Part shown: positions 1-7,052 of the stretch, piece after piece
How the letters are laid out: each line of letters opens with the position of its first letter
Numbering within the stretch: position 1 is the stretch's first letter
Origin: a virus
Taxonomy: Duplodnaviria; Caudoviricetes
Reading direction: 5' to 3' (one strand)
Length of the DNA stretch: 41,986 nt
Virus record (IMG/VR): IMGVR_UViG_3300033076_000121
Coordinates: 1 to 41,986 of that record
Position numbers and translations under genes: made by a program
Notes under the pieces: generated by a model
Database searches by the model: none
Seen by the model: the letters and a program-made list of their open reading frames with translations, nothing else
What the model was told of the DNA's origin: nothing

Positions 1-1
1 G

Positions 2-376
2 TCATGTGTTCTTCTCCTTGAGTTTGGCTTCGATGGCTCGGGCAAAGCCTGCGTAGCCGTTTGGTTGTCTTAATGGGACAGCTTCAACCTCATCATCCGT
101 CAGCCCAGCCCATGTGCGCTGTGCTGGTGGGGATGTGTAGAGGGGCGTCTTTGTTACTTCCCCGCCGTGATCTACCCCGTTCCGGCCAAAAGGTTCACAT
201 CTTGTGTCCCAGTTCACGCTGGTGAATTTTTCATTGACGACTTGACCTTCAACAATCAGTTCATAAAGGTAGCCAAGAGGCTCCTGCGGCTGTGCTGGCT
301 GCTTTGGGATACACCCGTGGCTGGTGCAGTGCGCGACTGTTTCGCATTCGTTACAGATCATTTTAAGTTCATCCAA
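2..376 (-). CDS. Early hypothetical protein (PLYTSPP...FARAIEAKLKEKNT module)
   Basis: ORF with ATGA overlap to the next gene; shares modules with 504-722 and 41488-41986. Start uncertain (376 or 361). Confidence 0.75.
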   Translation of the reverse strand: MDELKMICNECETVAHCTSHGCIPKQPAQPQEPLGYLYELIVEGQVVNEKFTSVNWDTRCEPFGRNGVDHGGEVTKTPLYTSPPAQRTWAGLTDDEVEAVPLRQPNGYAGFARAIEAKLKEKNT

Positions 377-507
377 AGCCCAACCTGGGCAAAAGCATAG
401 CCAGTCCAGACCATCCCGTTTGGGAGGTCACCCTTGGTCCACTGCAGGACACCCACGATCAGGTATCCCACGCCTGTGGTGGCGACGATGATGTGTTCGA
501 GGCTCAT
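358..507 (-). CDS. Small membrane protein, 49 aa (MSLEHIIVATTGVGYLIVGVLQW...LWMNLK)
   Basis: Read manually, below the ORF-track cutoff. ATGA overlap with 504-722; two hydrophobic segments. Confidence 0.75.
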   Translation of the reverse strand: MSLEHIIVATTGVGYLIVGVLQWTKGDLPNGMVWTGYAFAQVGLWMNLK

Positions 508-722
508 GCTGCCTTCTCCATGAGTTTTGCTTCTATGGCTCGGGCAAAGGACCTAAAGTCATCCCCACCGTACCCTGCGCTTTCTTTGAATACCTGCTCT
601 ATTTCATCGTCCGTCAGCCTTGACTCTTCCTTGGCTGTAAAGTCTTTGCAGGATGTGTTGTTGTTCAACCCGAAGTACACACAGTCGGACTGTGTGCAGT
701 CTTTGCAATTCACCTTTGTCAC
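504..722 (-). CDS. Early hypothetical protein, Cys-rich N-terminus plus LTDDEI...FARAIEAKL module
   Basis: GTG start overlapping the upstream stop; GGAGG upstream. Confidence 0.7.
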   Translation of the reverse strand: MTKVNCKDCTQSDCVYFGLNNNTSCKDFTAKEESRLTDDEIEQVFKESAGYGGDDFRSFARAIEAKLMEKAA

Positions 723-847
723 AGCAAGGCCTCCTCAGCTTCCTCCAACCGCTGGCCCTCAATTGTCTTGAGTAGCTTTGCCATCGCTTTGGGCGACAGG
801 CGGGTGAAGGGCCATGTGGGCCATCCGCTGGTGTAGATAGATTTCAT
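719..847 (-). CDS. Small early hypothetical protein (MKSIYTSGWPTWPF...)
   Basis: GGAG RBS before the ATG at 847. The longer ORF start lies within an RNA hairpin. Confidence 0.65.
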   Translation of the reverse strand: MKSIYTSGWPTWPFTRLSPKAMAKLLKTIEGQRLEEAEEALL

Positions 848-848
848 T

Positions 849-925
849 TTGAATCTCCAATGGCAAAACCACGGAAACCCCACAAGCCCAATGCTTGAGA
901 GGTCCATGGTTTTGATCTTGGGGAT
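849..925 (-). promoter_or_regulatory. Long irregular hairpin, candidate RNase III processing site
   Basis: AATCCCCAA..CAAAACCATGGA pairs with TCCGTGGTTTTG..TTGGAGATT. T7 early mRNA is processed at such stems. Confidence 0.55.
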
Positions 926-961
926 TGTTAAAGAGCTTCAGACACAGGTGCGATCACCTGG
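926..961 (-). promoter_or_regulatory. boxB-like hairpin plus boxA antitermination site
   Basis: GCTCTTTAACA (936-926) matches rrn boxA TGCTCTTTAACA and is preceded by hairpin CAGGTG-ATCG-CACCTG. Confidence 0.75.
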
Positions 962-971
962 GCTGTGCGTG

Positions 972-980
972 AGTATAGCA
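972..980 (-). promoter_or_regulatory. Host sigma70 extended -10 promoter
   Basis: TGcTATACT in an intergenic gap directly upstream of the boxB/boxA site. Confidence 0.6.
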
Positions 981-1035
981 CACACCAAAAGGCCCAATGC
1001 ATCAGCGGATGCGTAAGGCCCTTCAGTTTGTGGGG

Positions 1036-1233
1036 TCATTGACCCTGTTTCCAGACCGAATAGTCGTCCGTGAATTCCAGATAGGGGTCTCGAGGTGTGG
1101 CCCTAGGTTTCTCAGAAGGCCCAATGCCAGGCCCGACAACAGGCGCAGGCCTCTGGGGCTGTGGGCCGTGCCTCACCCGGCCACCATGGGCCAGGGCGAA
1201 GGCCTCCAGCTGGGCCAGGAGATCGGCGCTCAC
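1036..1233 (-). CDS. Early hypothetical protein
   Basis: GTGA overlap with the upstream ORF; GGAGG RBS. Confidence 0.6.
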   Translation of the reverse strand: MSADLLAQLEAFALAHGGRVRHGPQPQRPAPVVGPGIGPSEKPRATPRDPYLEFTDDYSVWKQGQ

Positions 1234-1445
1234 GGGTTGGCCTCCCGGCGCATCCCTGAGGCCAAGGTTGACGCATACAGCCTAGCGTCACTCCAGGCAA
1301 AGTCGAAGGTGTGATCGAAGGCTCGCACATCGTGCCAGTCTCCTGACACATCCGACCACCTCTGCACCACCAGGTCGTGGTCTGGCCCAGGGCCACGATA
1401 GGCGATGCGCACAGAGGCACCAAAATATGTGTGAGGGTGAGGCAT
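1230..1445 (-). CDS. Early hypothetical protein (MPHPHTYFG...)
   Basis: GGAG RBS before the ATG at 1445. Confidence 0.65.
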   Translation of the reverse strand: MPHPHTYFGASVRIAYRGPGPDHDLVVQRWSDVSGDWHDVRAFDHTFDFAWSDARLYASTLASGMRREANP

Positions 1446-1520
1446 ACAGTCTCCAGGTGACAGGGCAGGATCGCCCACAGTTGCCCTCTGGTGATCCAGA
1501 TGGGCAACTATTGGAAATCG

Positions 1521-1534
1521 TTGTCAGATGGTAA
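1521..1534. promoter_or_regulatory. Putative repressor operator TTGTCAGATGGTAA
   Basis: Intergenic; near-identical context to 2218-2242. Confidence 0.6.
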
Positions 1535-1538
1535 GGGT

Positions 1539-2189
1539 TCAGGCAGCGAGAGCGATCCGGACAACCTTACTCATGCTGCGACCATGGGCCAGGTAAGCGA
1601 CCACAGGGACAGCCTTAGAGTAACAGGCCCTGCATCCGTTGCACTTGCCTGCATTCTTGAAGGCCTCACACAGTTTTGCACCCTCTGGGACTGCATCCTC
1701 TGTGGGAACGATGACGCTCCCGTGAGTTCCTGGGAGATACTCACCAGTCACGCTGTCAGAGCTAGGGCGGACCATCACATTAGGGAGAGCCTGCATAGCC
1801 TCCAGCACAGCGCGGAATTTAGGGAACTTGTGCATTCTCGTGGGCAACCAATGATTGCACCAGGGTGTCCGCTGCATGATCTCTAGGATCTTCTCAGCGA
1901 GAGGCAGTGCATACATGTCACCACTATCGAACCACCGGAAATAACGGGAATCATCCAGGGCCTGGACCATGTCATCTGTCCAGTCGAGACGCTGCCAGTC
2001 GAGCCTGTTGGCCTCTCTAGGTGTCTTCACGTTATCAAAACGATAGTTGCCCTGGGTTGCATAGCATCCCTTGCAGGCATCCACGAGGACACCAGGAGAG
2101 CCGAAAGATCCAGGGCATGTATCACGAGCCTGGAGAGACCAGGACTTGATACCGTCGAGCTTGGAGGTTTTAGAGAGGTTCACGGGCAT
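1539..2189 (-). CDS. Gp88-family Cys-rich (radical-SAM-like) phage protein
   Basis: SKTSKL..SWSL...TCPG...CxxCYA, FRWFDSGD, HWLPTR and KCxxCRACY motifs, recalled as typical of the 'gene product 88' family; AGGAG RBS. Confidence 0.7.
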   Translation of the reverse strand: MPVNLSKTSKLDGIKSWSLQARDTCPGSFGSPGVLVDACKGCYATQGNYRFDNVKTPREANRLDWQRLDWTDDMVQALDDSRYFRWFDSGDMYALPLAEKILEIMQRTPWCNHWLPTRMHKFPKFRAVLEAMQALPNVMVRPSSDSVTGEYLPGTHGSVIVPTEDAVPEGAKLCEAFKNAGKCNGCRACYSKAVPVVAYLAHGRSMSKVVRIALAA

Positions 2190-2227
2190 GGTAGAGCTCC
2201 TGTTGAATGATTGACTGTTGGAAATGA

Positions 2228-2241
2228 TTGTCAGATGGCAA
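2228..2241. promoter_or_regulatory. Putative repressor operator TTGTCAGATGGCAA (degenerate partner at 2211-2224)
   Basis: Pseudo-palindrome upstream of the Gp88-like gene, in a 17-bp-phased tandem. Confidence 0.6.
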
Positions 2242-2249
2242 GCGTGAGA

Positions 2250-2384
2250 TCAAGCGAAAAGAGCGTCACACCAGTGGAGGAGACCACCACAGAGCGCGAG
2301 ACCGATCACGATGGCTAACAGAACGTCAAGAATGCGCTCTGTCAGTGTGGGCTTAGATTCGGTGAAGATGTTACGGTTAAACAT
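2250..2384 (-). CDS. First early gene: 44-aa single-pass membrane protein (MFNRNIFTESK...LLAIVIGLALCGGLLHW)
   Basis: Read manually; TAAGGA RBS; one hydrophobic helix. Confidence 0.7.
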   Translation of the reverse strand: MFNRNIFTESKPTLTERILDVLLAIVIGLALCGGLLHWCDALFA

Positions 2385-2524
2385 GATGTGTAGTCCTTAG
2401 GTTGGGTTGTTGATGTAGCGTAGTGTACAGCATCCAAACCACAAAAACTCACCGATCAACAATTATTTTCTAGGGACAAACCCTAGGATCAGAAAAAAAG
2501 CCCCACAGTCTACGTAATGTAGGT

Positions 2525-2586
2525 GTGAGGCTTGAGGTTGTCTTGAAGTGTGACTTGAGGAGATCTTGAGGTTGTCTTGAGGGTGT
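2525..2586 (-). repeat. Short repeat array (CCTCAAG-like x5), analogous to the T7 SRL CCTAAAG repeats
   Basis: cttgagg/cttgaag recurring at ~11-nt spacing. Confidence 0.7.
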
Positions 2587-2605
2587 GAATATCGGCCAGG
2601 TAACA

Positions 2606-2621
2606 CTGGATGAACGTACAG
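2606..2621. promoter_or_regulatory. LexA (SOS) box
   Basis: aCTGgatgaacgtaCAGta fits CTG-N10-CAG with consensus flanks; lies in non-coding DNA upstream of the early genes. Confidence 0.65.
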
Positions 2622-2671
2622 TAATCCTTAGGTTCTAAAGTTTCAAAGCGCACTGATGCACAAGCACAGGC

Positions 2672-2691
2672 TGTGGATAACCTGTGGATAA
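2672..2691 (-). promoter_or_regulatory. Two perfect tandem DnaA boxes (TTATCCACA)
   Basis: tgtggataa at 2672-2680 and 2683-2691; degenerate box at 2693-2701. Confidence 0.7.
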
Positions 2692-2772
2692 CTTATGCAC
2701 CAGTATGGATGACCCTTAGATCACCCTCAGATGGCCCTAGATCTAGCTTCACGAGCTAGTGGAAACCCAATA

Positions 2773-2815
2773 AAATCAATCACTTAGAGGGCATTGTGTC
2801 ACCCTCTGTGACACT
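2773..2815. promoter_or_regulatory. IHF site plus GTGTCAC/GTGACAC repeats shared with attP
   Basis: AATCAAtcacTTA fits WATCAANNNNTTR; 15-, 12- and 10-bp identities to 39376-39390, 39389-39400 (inverted) and 39161-39170. Confidence 0.65.
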
Positions 2816-2909
2816 TTCGGTCAGACAACGGGAAAACTTGAGGGGTACACGGGGGAAGCCGCAACGCTCTTACCGCGAGTAGGGCTTTCAAATTTTTGGG
2901 GTGGATTAT

Positions 2910-3126
2910 TTCACCCCTAGAGTCTCACCTAGAGTCCCACCTCAAGTCTCACCAAGACACCTTCTAGAGCCACACCCGCATGAACCTAATCACTTGGCGA
3001 GGGTCTTACCTGAAGATGTCCTGAAGAGAACCGGGAGTTGTCTCTAACATAGACCTGTATTGTTATATCATTGGTGATACTAACCCTAGAGATGTCACCT
3101 AGAGACATCCTAAAGATACCTAAAGT
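2910..3126 (+). repeat. Short repeat arrays (CACCTAGAG/CCTAAAG-like) flanking the probable terminal repeat/packaging site
   Basis: Clusters at 2910-2970 and 3082-3126, inverted relative to the 2525-2586 array, in non-coding DNA after terminase. Confidence 0.6.
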
Positions 3127-3364
3127 CTAATTCTTAGTACTTATAACTATATGCTAGCCATATAGGCTTCTAGAGCTTCCCCCCCTACCCCCCATAGTTA
3201 TCTACAGGTACGATAGGTGGTGATGCTCATGAGGCCTATACAGCTAGGAGACAGTGGTACTGACTACATGCTGAGCACACATGAGGATCTAGTCTGGTCC
3301 AAAGACCAGAACCTCATTGGACCGAGTGTGCCCAGATGAGATAGTTCCCCCAGAAGAAGTATCT

Positions 3365-3379
3365 TCCAATTGGGCAACC
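3365..3379 (-). promoter_or_regulatory. Putative phage RNAP promoter GGTTGCCCAATTGGA (phiOR-like position)
   Basis: One of five near-identical 15-mers; immediately after the terminase gene. Confidence 0.65.
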
Positions 3380-5040
3380 TATGCACGTACCATCCATGTG
3401 GTCTGTTGCTTGGAGGTCATCCCAAAGACATTCTTGTGGAAGTTCTTGAGTTCCTTATCCATGGCAGACCCCATGATCTCTGCAGCTGCCTTGTTGTTGT
3501 CCCGTGCCATTGACTCGGTCCAATAGGCTACAGCGATGGCTAGGGCATCCAGTCTATCGTCATGGACCAGGGCACCACGATCTCTCGTGAGTCTGGTCAT
3601 CTGATAGAACAGGGAGTACTTCACATCCTTGGCTGTGTCGAAGTCCTTCTGGATCACCCTCTGGTCAACTATGAGTCTATGCGTGGACATCACAGGTTCC
3701 AGGGTGTCGATGATACGGGCTTCCTTCTGGGTGGAGTGCTTCACCTCCTCCACAGTGCAGGGATAGATCCTCTGCAAGACAGGCTTCAGGAGCTGGGTGA
3801 ACATACCATCACCGAAGTTAGCCTCGATGATGATGGCCTTGACCTGGTTCCTCTTGGCTGCATAGGCCAGAGCCTCAAGGGTCTCGAGTTCATAGCCTCC
3901 GGAGATTCCTCCAGCCTCTGTGAGGAAAAGGTTCCCTGCCAGGTGCTTCACACAGGCATAGCCGGTCTCGTCCTTGCCACGGCCACTGGGGTCGATGGAC
4001 ATGACAGCTCCGGTGTACTCAGACATATCGTCGGAGTGCCACATGGGGCGGTAGAACCTGTCCCCCGTGAGAGCCACATTGGGTAGATCGTTGATGCACA
4101 GCTCAGGTGCTGCAGCCCAGGCCAGCTTCAGGTGACCCATGGTGGGTCCAAGGTTCTGCACAATGAGGTCCTGGACCTTCAGGGGGTACCTGTCGCCATC
4201 ACTGAGGCTGGTGTCGAGCATGAACTGCAGGGCAAAGCCAGCACGTCCATAGGAGGCCTTACGCTCCATCAGGTCAGCCTCATCGAAGCGTTTGCTGTCG
4301 GTGGGCATCCCTGCGTTGCTGGAGTCAGTCTCGAGGGCCTTGGTCACCATGGGTGCCAGACTGCCCTTGTAGCTCTCCACCTTGTTCAGTTCAGGGTACA
4401 GAGCAGGCCAGACTCGGATCTCATAGCCACGCTCAGGCAGCTGGTTGTACAGGGACATCTCAGTCTGGGGTGTACCCAGGTAGATGATCCGACCACCAGG
4501 CTTCAAGATAGCGTCGAATTCCTTGACAGACTCCGAGAGCTTGTCTCGCATCATCTGTGTGGCTGAGTTGTTGGGGACCTCTACGTCATCGGCAATCAGT
4601 ACGTCCGCACGGGAACCGGTAATCTGACCGGTGATACCCACAGACTTGACAGACGGGGAATGGTCCGGGGTGGCTGGTCCAACATCGAATGCGATAACGG
4701 AGTCACGCTGACCGTCACTGGGCCGTAAATGGTGGAGTACTGGTATCTCATTGATCAATCGCTTGACGAATGTGGAGAAAGCATCAGCTCGTTCCTTCGA
4801 GGCAGACACCACGAGGATCTTCAGTTGAGGGTTGTTGAGCAGGAGCCAGCACACAAAGGCACTGGTCAGCCAGGACTTGCCGACCCCTCGAAAGGCTTCG
4901 ATGACGGAGCGTCGAGGTCCGTTCTGTAGGTAAGAGGCAATGTCGTACTGAACCGGAGTCGGGTCAGGTAAGTTGAGATGTTTCCAGACTAAGTAGGTGA
5001 ACTTGCGGAAATCTTTAAGTACAGGGTGTTTGTTATCCAT
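3379..5040 (-). CDS. terL: Terminase large subunit (T7 gp19-like)
   Basis: AFRGVGKS Walker A, IADDVE Walker B, LGTPQ, IDPSGRGKDE and HDDRLDAL nuclease motifs. Confidence 0.97.
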   Translation of the reverse strand: MDNKHPVLKDFRKFTYLVWKHLNLPDPTPVQYDIASYLQNGPRRSVIEAFRGVGKSWLTSAFVCWLLLNNPQLKILVVSASKERADAFSTFVKRLINEIPVLHHLRPSDGQRDSVIAFDVGPATPDHSPSVKSVGITGQITGSRADVLIADDVEVPNNSATQMMRDKLSESVKEFDAILKPGGRIIYLGTPQTEMSLYNQLPERGYEIRVWPALYPELNKVESYKGSLAPMVTKALETDSSNAGMPTDSKRFDEADLMERKASYGRAGFALQFMLDTSLSDGDRYPLKVQDLIVQNLGPTMGHLKLAWAAAPELCINDLPNVALTGDRFYRPMWHSDDMSEYTGAVMSIDPSGRGKDETGYACVKHLAGNLFLTEAGGISGGYELETLEALAYAAKRNQVKAIIIEANFGDGMFTQLLKPVLQRIYPCTVEEVKHSTQKEARIIDTLEPVMSTHRLIVDQRVIQKDFDTAKDVKYSLFYQMTRLTRDRGALVHDDRLDALAIAVAYWTESMARDNNKAAAEIMGSAMDKELKNFHKNVFGMTSKQQTTWMVRA

Positions 5041-5132
5041 CTAAAATCGATTTAAAGGGGTCGAGGAGACGTTTTCCAAGGGTACCTAAGGGGTTAGCCT
5101 AGGTAACCTCAGAAAAAGCCTTGTGAGCTCTT

Positions 5133-5357
5133 TTATTCAGCCAGGTGAGCTTTTAGCTCCTCCAGGCCACCAAGGTGAGTATCCTCCCAGAAAACCTGAG
5201 GGACAGTCTTGAAGCCCTTGCTGAGGAACTCTTGAAGCTCACCCTTGGGCAGAGCCATGACATCCACATAGGTGAACTCATGGCCCTTGGAGGAAAGGAG
5301 GTCTTTAGCTGTCTTGCAGGGCTGACAGCCGGATCGCCCGTAGATCGTGTATGTCAT
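5133..5357 (-). CDS. Glutaredoxin / NrdH-like redoxin
   Basis: CQPC active site, TVPQVF and LGG motifs; start at MTYTIYG (TAATG overlap). Confidence 0.9.
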   Translation of the reverse strand: MTYTIYGRSGCQPCKTAKDLLSSKGHEFTYVDVMALPKGELQEFLSKGFKTVPQVFWEDTHLGGLEELKAHLAE

Positions 5358-5581
5358 TAACCGGCTTGCTGACCCACGATCTCGGGGTTTGCCATGAGAT
5401 AGTAGGTGTGAGTGGTAGAGACAGTGCTCACGAACTTGATGACACCGCAGCGAGTCCACTCAGAGACAGTCTGCTTGATACCATTGATGGTGAGGGTGTC
5501 GGTGCCCACAGGAGCGGTAGCATTGGTAACGGTGAAGGGCTGGCCTGGAGATTCAAAGCCAGAGACGGTAAAAGAAGCCAT
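5357..5581 (-). CDS. Hypothetical protein
   Basis: TAAGGA RBS; tightly packed between neighbours. Confidence 0.7.
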   Translation of the reverse strand: MASFTVSGFESPGQPFTVTNATAPVGTDTLTINGIKQTVSEWTRCGVIKFVSTVSTTHTYYLMANPEIVGQQAG

Positions 5582-5590
5582 TGGTAATCC

Positions 5591-5944
5591 TTAAGATAGA
5601 TTCTTGAGTTTATAGAGGACTGACTGGTAGGTCGCCACGATGTTCTGGTAGAGGTTGTCCAGGGATTCATTTTCCTTGGTACACCCATCACAGTTCTCAT
5701 TGAGCCATGCCAGCTCGTCCTCAAGGAACGAGGTGATCTCAGCCTTGGCAGGAGCCTTCAGAGGCACGTTGCCGATCAGACCAAACTGACCCTGGTAGGC
5801 TTCTACAAGGGCATCGATCTGGTCGATGATTGAGTCGTAGAAGTCACCCAAAGCCACATGCTGAGCGTAGCTCTTGGTCTTCCAGTGAGCTAGGTGAGCC
5901 ACGTTCCGTGCAGTGAAGGCACGGGAGACAAGTTCTTCAATCAT
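5591..5944 (-). CDS. Ferritin/Dps-like four-helix protein (DUF5856-like)
   Basis: HLAHW..KSYAQHVALGDFYD...D.LVEAYQG resembles the Dps ferroxidase signature. Confidence 0.75.
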   Translation of the reverse strand: MIEELVSRAFTARNVAHLAHWKTKSYAQHVALGDFYDSIIDQIDALVEAYQGQFGLIGNVPLKAPAKAEITSFLEDELAWLNENCDGCTKENESLDNLYQNIVATYQSVLYKLKNLS

Positions 5945-6210
5945 TTGGTTTTCCTAAAGGGGACAACTGTCTCGTCTTCGAAGACAGGGAGATCGGCAAG
6001 GTCAGCCAGAGGGGAACCCTGAGCAGCCACTGCCTCAATCTTGTTGTCCTTCAGAAACTGTCGGGCAACGTTGAGGATGGCTGCAGGGGGTGGAAGGGGG
6101 AGCCCTGTGTCAGGATCAGTGTAGTCCTGACTCAGAGCGTCCTTCAGAACCTCTGCCAGCTTGCCATGAAGGCTACCTAGAGCCTTCTCGTCAGCTTTGT
6201 TCATGGTCAT
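5941..6210 (-). CDS. terS: Terminase small subunit (T7 gp18-like)
   Basis: LH..LA..L and AAILNVARQFLKDNKI motifs; position before terL. Confidence 0.85.
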   Translation of the reverse strand: MTMNKADEKALGSLHGKLAEVLKDALSQDYTDPDTGLPLPPPAAILNVARQFLKDNKIEAVAAQGSPLADLADLPVFEDETVVPFRKTK

Positions 6211-6773
6211 GTCTTGATGATGTAGTTCAGGACGATTGTCGGTTGGGTGTTGTTGTGAGCAGTACCGCCACCCGTAGCATTGACCGCAGGGGACAAAGCG
6301 TTGGCTGTACGGTTCTTGATCAGGACCTGGTCCGTACCAGCACCTGAGGTATTACGGTCTGTGTAGCCGTTGCCGGTGTGGTCGTGAGAAGGCATCTGAG
6401 AGATGCTCAGTGTGTGCGTCTCAGCGCCACCGTTGGCACCCAGGGTTGCCCCATCGACACCAGAGCCACCCGTGGTCAACCGAGAGGCAGCGGTGCCACC
6501 CATGTTGTCCTTGCCGCCAGGGACACGGCCACGGAGATCCGGTAGTGTAAATGTGGTCGTACCATCGCCTGCTCCGTGGGTCGTCCCAAGGACAGCGAAA
6601 AGATCAGCATAGGTGGCCCGGGAGACTGACTGGCCATAGCAAAGGAGCCAACCTACAGGTGCGGAAGATCCAGCAAATGGTAGGGTAACCCCTGAAGGGA
6701 CAAACCCACTGCGATTACTTTGCGTGGCTAAGGTTGCCGCCGGGAGAGTTGCAAGCGTTCTAGCATTGCTCAT
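6207..6773 (-). CDS. Tail collar domain protein (short tail fibre)
   Basis: PSGVTLPFAG..APVGWLLCYGQSVSRATYADLF...FTLPDLRGR, plus C-terminal QPTIVLNYIIK. Confidence 0.9.
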   Translation of the reverse strand: MSNARTLATLPAATLATQSNRSGFVPSGVTLPFAGSSAPVGWLLCYGQSVSRATYADLFAVLGTTHGAGDGTTTFTLPDLRGRVPGGKDNMGGTAASRLTTGGSGVDGATLGANGGAETHTLSISQMPSHDHTGNGYTDRNTSGAGTDQVLIKNRTANALSPAVNATGGGTAHNNTQPTIVLNYIIKT

Positions 6774-6781
6774 AAATTCCT

Positions 6782-6813
6782 TTCAGAAAGGCAGGGGCCG
6801 AAGCCCCTACCCG
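6782..6813 (-). terminator. UUCG-tetraloop hairpin, weak terminator or stabiliser
   Basis: GGGTAGGGGC-TTCG-GCCCCTGCCT followed by TTCT. Confidence 0.55.
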
Positions 6814-6814
6814 A

Positions 6815-7030
6815 TTACAGAAACAGCTTGATGGCCTTGTCAATGCCAACGGACTGAGCCACGACAACAGCTACAGCACCCATTGCTAGGTACTTGATCT
6901 GGGCGAGGGTTTTCTCGATCCCAGCCAGGGACTTGCGAAGATCCGAAGAGATGTCCTGGAGCTTCTTAAGTTCGTCTTGGTGATCGTCCACACGAAGCTC
7001 AAGTTTGATAATGCGATGTTCAAGTTCCAT
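6815..7030 (-). CDS. Coiled-coil protein with C-terminal TM helix (XhlA-like, lysis-associated)
   Basis: Heptad-rich N-terminus and hydrophobic C-terminus; occupies the T7 gp17.5 position. Confidence 0.6.
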   Translation of the reverse strand: MELEHRIIKLELRVDDHQDELKKLQDISSDLRKSLAGIEKTLAQIKYLAMGAVAVVVAQSVGIDKAIKLFL

Positions 7031-7052
7031 GATTACGTTTAATTCGGTTAGT

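Noticed and set aside
2405-2465. Strong sigma70 early promoter before the first gene
   Set aside because: A TACACT -10 candidate exists (~2422-2427), but no convincing -35 at correct spacing, so it was not called.
2525-3126. CRISPR-like array
   Set aside because: Repeats are 7-9 nt with 2-5 nt gaps and no cas genes; they match T7-type terminal short repeats.
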